From: a virus
DNA: 5,044 nt
IMG/VR virus record: IMGVR_UViG_3300030250_000049
Span: 1 to 5,044 of that record
Direction: 5' to 3' (one strand)
The notes beneath the pieces were generated by a model. The model made no database searches and was not told where the DNA came from. It was given only the letters and a program-made list of their open reading frames with translations. Made by a program: the position numbers and the translations under genes. Of the stretch, positions 4,979-5,044 are shown in pieces. The first letter of the stretch is position 1, and the number at the start of each line of letters is the position of its first letter.

Positions 4979-5044
4979 AAAAAATACCTCTAAAAATTTC
5001 AAAATTTTCTGTCTACCATTTACTGACTATAATGCGCATTCTGT
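4968..5044. repeat. Second copy of the terminal redundancy, identical to 1-77.
   Basis: Exact match to 1-77. Base 4967 (a) and base 78 (t) flank the repeat. Confidence 0.95.

Noticed and set aside
4979-5002. TTG start at 5002 for ORF-A (100 aa) and TTG at 4743 for ORF-B (76 aa), as given in the ORF track
   Set aside because: Neither TTG has an SD. Each has a downstream in-frame ATG (4978; 4710) with GAGG/GGAG at canonical spacing. VP1 is the contrasting case, where a TTG does have a strong SD and no ATG alternative exists.
1-5044. Terminal 77-nt repeats as transposon/IS ends, a prophage att site or a long terminal repeat of a linear element
   Set aside because: The repeats are direct and exact. 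The ORF-A coding sequence and its RBS continue seamlessly across the junction. No transposase or integrase is present. Gene content is a complete microvirus, so circular-assembly overlap is the simple explanation.
1-5044. CRISPR arrays, tRNA/rRNA genes, integrase, toxin-antitoxin or other defence-island content
   Set aside because: No spaced direct repeats, no cloverleaf-like or rRNA-like sequence and no recombinase-like ORF were seen. The window is fully accounted for by a compact ssDNA phage genome.

Overview
This window appears to hold one complete, circularly closed genome of a small ssDNA phage of the family Microviridae, gokushovirus-like, with a unit length of 4967 nt. Bases 1-77 are repeated exactly at 4968-5044, which is the overlap left by linearising a circle; there is no host flanking DNA. 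All eight credible genes lie on the minus strand of the window, so the window shows the strand complementary to the mRNA and virion strand. They are tightly packed and translationally coupled (ATGA and TAATG overlaps, strong GGAGG-type Shine-Dalgarno sites, two TTG starts). In transcription order they are: two small acidic hypothetical proteins (ORF-A 92 aa, ORF-B 65 aa); the VP2 minor capsid/DNA-pilot protein (285 aa); a 33-aa single-transmembrane peptide and a 22-aa arginine-rich peptide, both too short for the ORF track; the VP4 replication initiator (HUH rolling-circle endonuclease, about 300 aa); the VP1 major capsid protein (560 aa, TTG start); and a putative acidic VP3-like scaffolding protein (173 aa). 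One non-coding intergenic region of about 366 nt (wrapped coordinates 12-377) carries a 9-bp inverted repeat stem-loop, an A10 tract, a tandem 8-mer repeat, a polypyrimidine mirror repeat and candidate promoters on both strands. A terminator-shaped hairpin followed by T7 sits on the antisense (+) strand at 415-436. The most interesting features are the two small peptides between VP2 and VP4 (a candidate lysis/membrane peptide and a J-like DNA-condensing peptide), the leading acidic ORF pair, the unusual gene order, and a possible antisense transcription unit.
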